Shown in pieces: positions 62,042 through 64,000 of a DNA stretch of 64,000 bases. Every line of letters starts with the position of its first letter. Position 1 is the first letter of the stretch. This DNA comes from Octopus sinensis (Eukaryota): assembly GCF_006345805.1 (NCBI RefSeq), contig NC_043000.1:62310001-62374000 (forward strand). Direction: 5' to 3'. Both the position numbers and the translations under genes were made by a program. Under the pieces are notes generated by a model. That model was not told the DNA's origin, searched no databases, and was given only the letters and a program-made list of their open reading frames with translations.

Positions 62042-62554
62042 TCTATATATATAAAACTGTAGTTGTGTGAGTGTCTGTCCCCTTCGATTTAGATTCCTAA
62101 CTACTCCCACATTTTGCGGTGCAGTTTAACCAAATTCGGGTATCTTATAGTCGTGATTTATATCAAGTCCGTCTGAGTATTAGCGTGCGTCTACGATGAG
62201 TCTACGATTTTAAAAATAATTTAACATCATTTTTTATTCCATTTTAATGCATAATTTTTCGTGTGTCGATGGCGGCGGAGTTGGAGTCCATGGTCACACC
62301 TGCACCTGTTTGCTTCTCCCCCTTCTTCCCTCCCTCGTGAAGCTGTGGGGAAGGGAGTGTAAGGAAATCAACGTCGTAAAGCGTTGTCAAGGAGACCAGC
62401 GTTCTTTTAGAACAACGACTTCATGGCTTGAAGACACCAAAACAGAAATGGCTAAGAAAGCCCGAATTGGCATCTATAAGGGAAGTAACTCTCTAAAAAT
62501 GCTTATATAGTTATTTCCCTTACAATCCCGAGCAACGCCGGGCAATACTGCTAG
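62042..62554 (+). mobile_element. Non-autonomous Helitron (513 bp)
   Basis: A|TCTATATATATAAAA 5' end; 3' hairpin CCCG-AGCAACGC-CGGG (62527-62542) followed by CTAG|T. Inserted between A and T. Confidence 0.85.
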
Positions 62555-62694
62555 TGTATGTATAAAGAAAGAGAGAGAGAGTAAGGGAGACAGAAGGAGA
62601 AGAGTGAGAGAAAAACTAAATACACACACACACACACACACACATATGTATATATGTACCTACGTACGTACGAACACTATGTGTATATGTTATT

Positions 62695-62890
62695 AAGTTC
62701 TTCGCTCTCCTGTGAGCACAGGCCTTTGACGACTTTTCTCCACTGTTCTCGACTCTGGAATTTTCTTTTCTGTTTTTCTCCAGTTAGAACCCTGCTTCTT
62801 CTGTTATCTTTCCGATTTTGCTGCAACGCGTCAAATGTTTTCCTTGAGGGGAGGCCTTTCTCTCCTAGGCTCTGTCATTAGGGAACACAA
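62695..62890 (-). mobile_element. RTE-type LINE extreme 3' fragment
   Basis: Minus-strand remnant ..WRK..SREQWRKVVKGLCSQESEEL* followed by a short TAA tail. Confidence 0.6.
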
Positions 62891-63199
62891 GCCACCAAAC
62901 CCCAACAAGGTCTGGACTTTGTGGTGGTTTTAATTCGTAAGTAATATATAAATAAAGGCGGAAAGCTGGCAGAATCGTTACGGTACCGGGCAAAATGCAT
63001 AGTGGCATTTCGACAGGTTTTACGTTCTGAGTTCAAATACTACCGAGGTTGACTTTGCCTTTCATTATTTCTGGGTCGATAAAATAAGTACCAGTTGAAT
63101 TCTGAGGTCGATCTAATCGACTTAACCCCCATCATCGAATTTGCTACCCTTGACCCAAAATTTGAATCCAATATTTATATAATGCCGTAAGCCAAAATA

Positions 63200-64000
63200 A
63201 CATGCATAATAACAACAATTGCAGTTATAGAACCTTTTCATCCTGCTCTGTAGAGGGACACTGTCTCTCAAGCAATATTGGCTATAGCACAACTGTAGCC
63301 ACGAATATTGCACCATCTACTATATATACACTTATAAGATCTACAGCAAACCAGTTCAAAACACGATACAACCCACACACACATTTTTGCAACCCAAAGA
63401 GGAAAATGATATATCTATTTCTAAACATATGAAGACATTAAAACCAAGAAATACTCAATTGACAATTAAATGGAAAATATTGACACACGCACAAAAATAC
63501 AAAGGTAACAACGAACCCTTCCAACTCTGCACCATCAAATTCTACCATATTCTTACATTAACGAACCCCACTCTGAACCGAAACTCTGAATTGGTTTCCT
63601 CATGTAAGCACAAAATCTTTAAAACATTAAAACACTTCAAGCCAATTGATTTTCCTAACGGCTAAATATAGTAAAATACCTCATCTCCCTCTTTCTCCCA
63701 TTATAGCTTCTCCATTAATTACCTCCATAATAATGCACATAAAATTAATATTACAGCTTTACACGTCATGCAGAAATGATCTATGAGTTACTGAATTTTA
63801 AAAAAGTTCCCCACCAAATTTTCTAAAATGAGTCTATACACCTACAAAAACACGCATATATTCATACAAAGACGATAGAGAAATAATATGGGTTAGAATT
63901 TCTTACGCATTTTTTTATAACGCCAACTTTTTACATATTTTAAGTACAAATAATATCGTATAAAAAGTAGCCATGCTTGAAGCTGAAGGTAAGAAATATT
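63200..64000 (+). mobile_element. Third PLE fragment (GIY-YIG C-terminus and 3' UTR)
   Basis: CSVEGHCLSSNIGY..RSTANQFKTRYNPH, then ISKHMKTLK..IKWKIL..QLC..LNRNSELVSSCKH, colinear with the 29430-29867 endonuclease region. Confidence 0.8.

Noticed and set aside
63975-64000. CTGAAGG near the window end as the start of a PLE hammerhead
   Set aside because: Non-canonical and truncated by the window edge.

Overview
AT-rich, microsatellite-dense eukaryotic DNA. The SINE families and repeat landscape suggest a cephalopod (octopus-like) genome, which is an inference. No host gene can be called with confidence; one weak 111-bp candidate exon is noted. The window is a patchwork of transposable elements. 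Retroelements: a 5'-truncated L1/Tx1-type LINE, three head-to-tail RLE-type (R4/Dong-like) non-LTR elements in (TAA)n tracts (one nearly intact), three decayed Penelope-like elements (PLEs; RT + GIY-YIG), RTE fragments and at least three tRNA-derived SINE families. DNA elements: a full-length DD41D Tc1/mariner-type element, a DD34D-type mariner, a fold-back MITE and a non-autonomous Helitron. The most striking feature is about a dozen type I hammerhead ribozyme (HHR)-like motifs of several families. The best candidate new system is a recent 361-bp tandem array (2555-3526) with one minus-strand HHR per monomer and a self-complementary monomer, resembling a non-LTR retrozyme that could produce circRNA. 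A diverged solo relative at about 27262-27500 shows compensatory changes. A second HHR family occurs three times with covarying stems, and a U4C core variant recurs in several families. All RNA structures were folded by eye; none was computed or tested.
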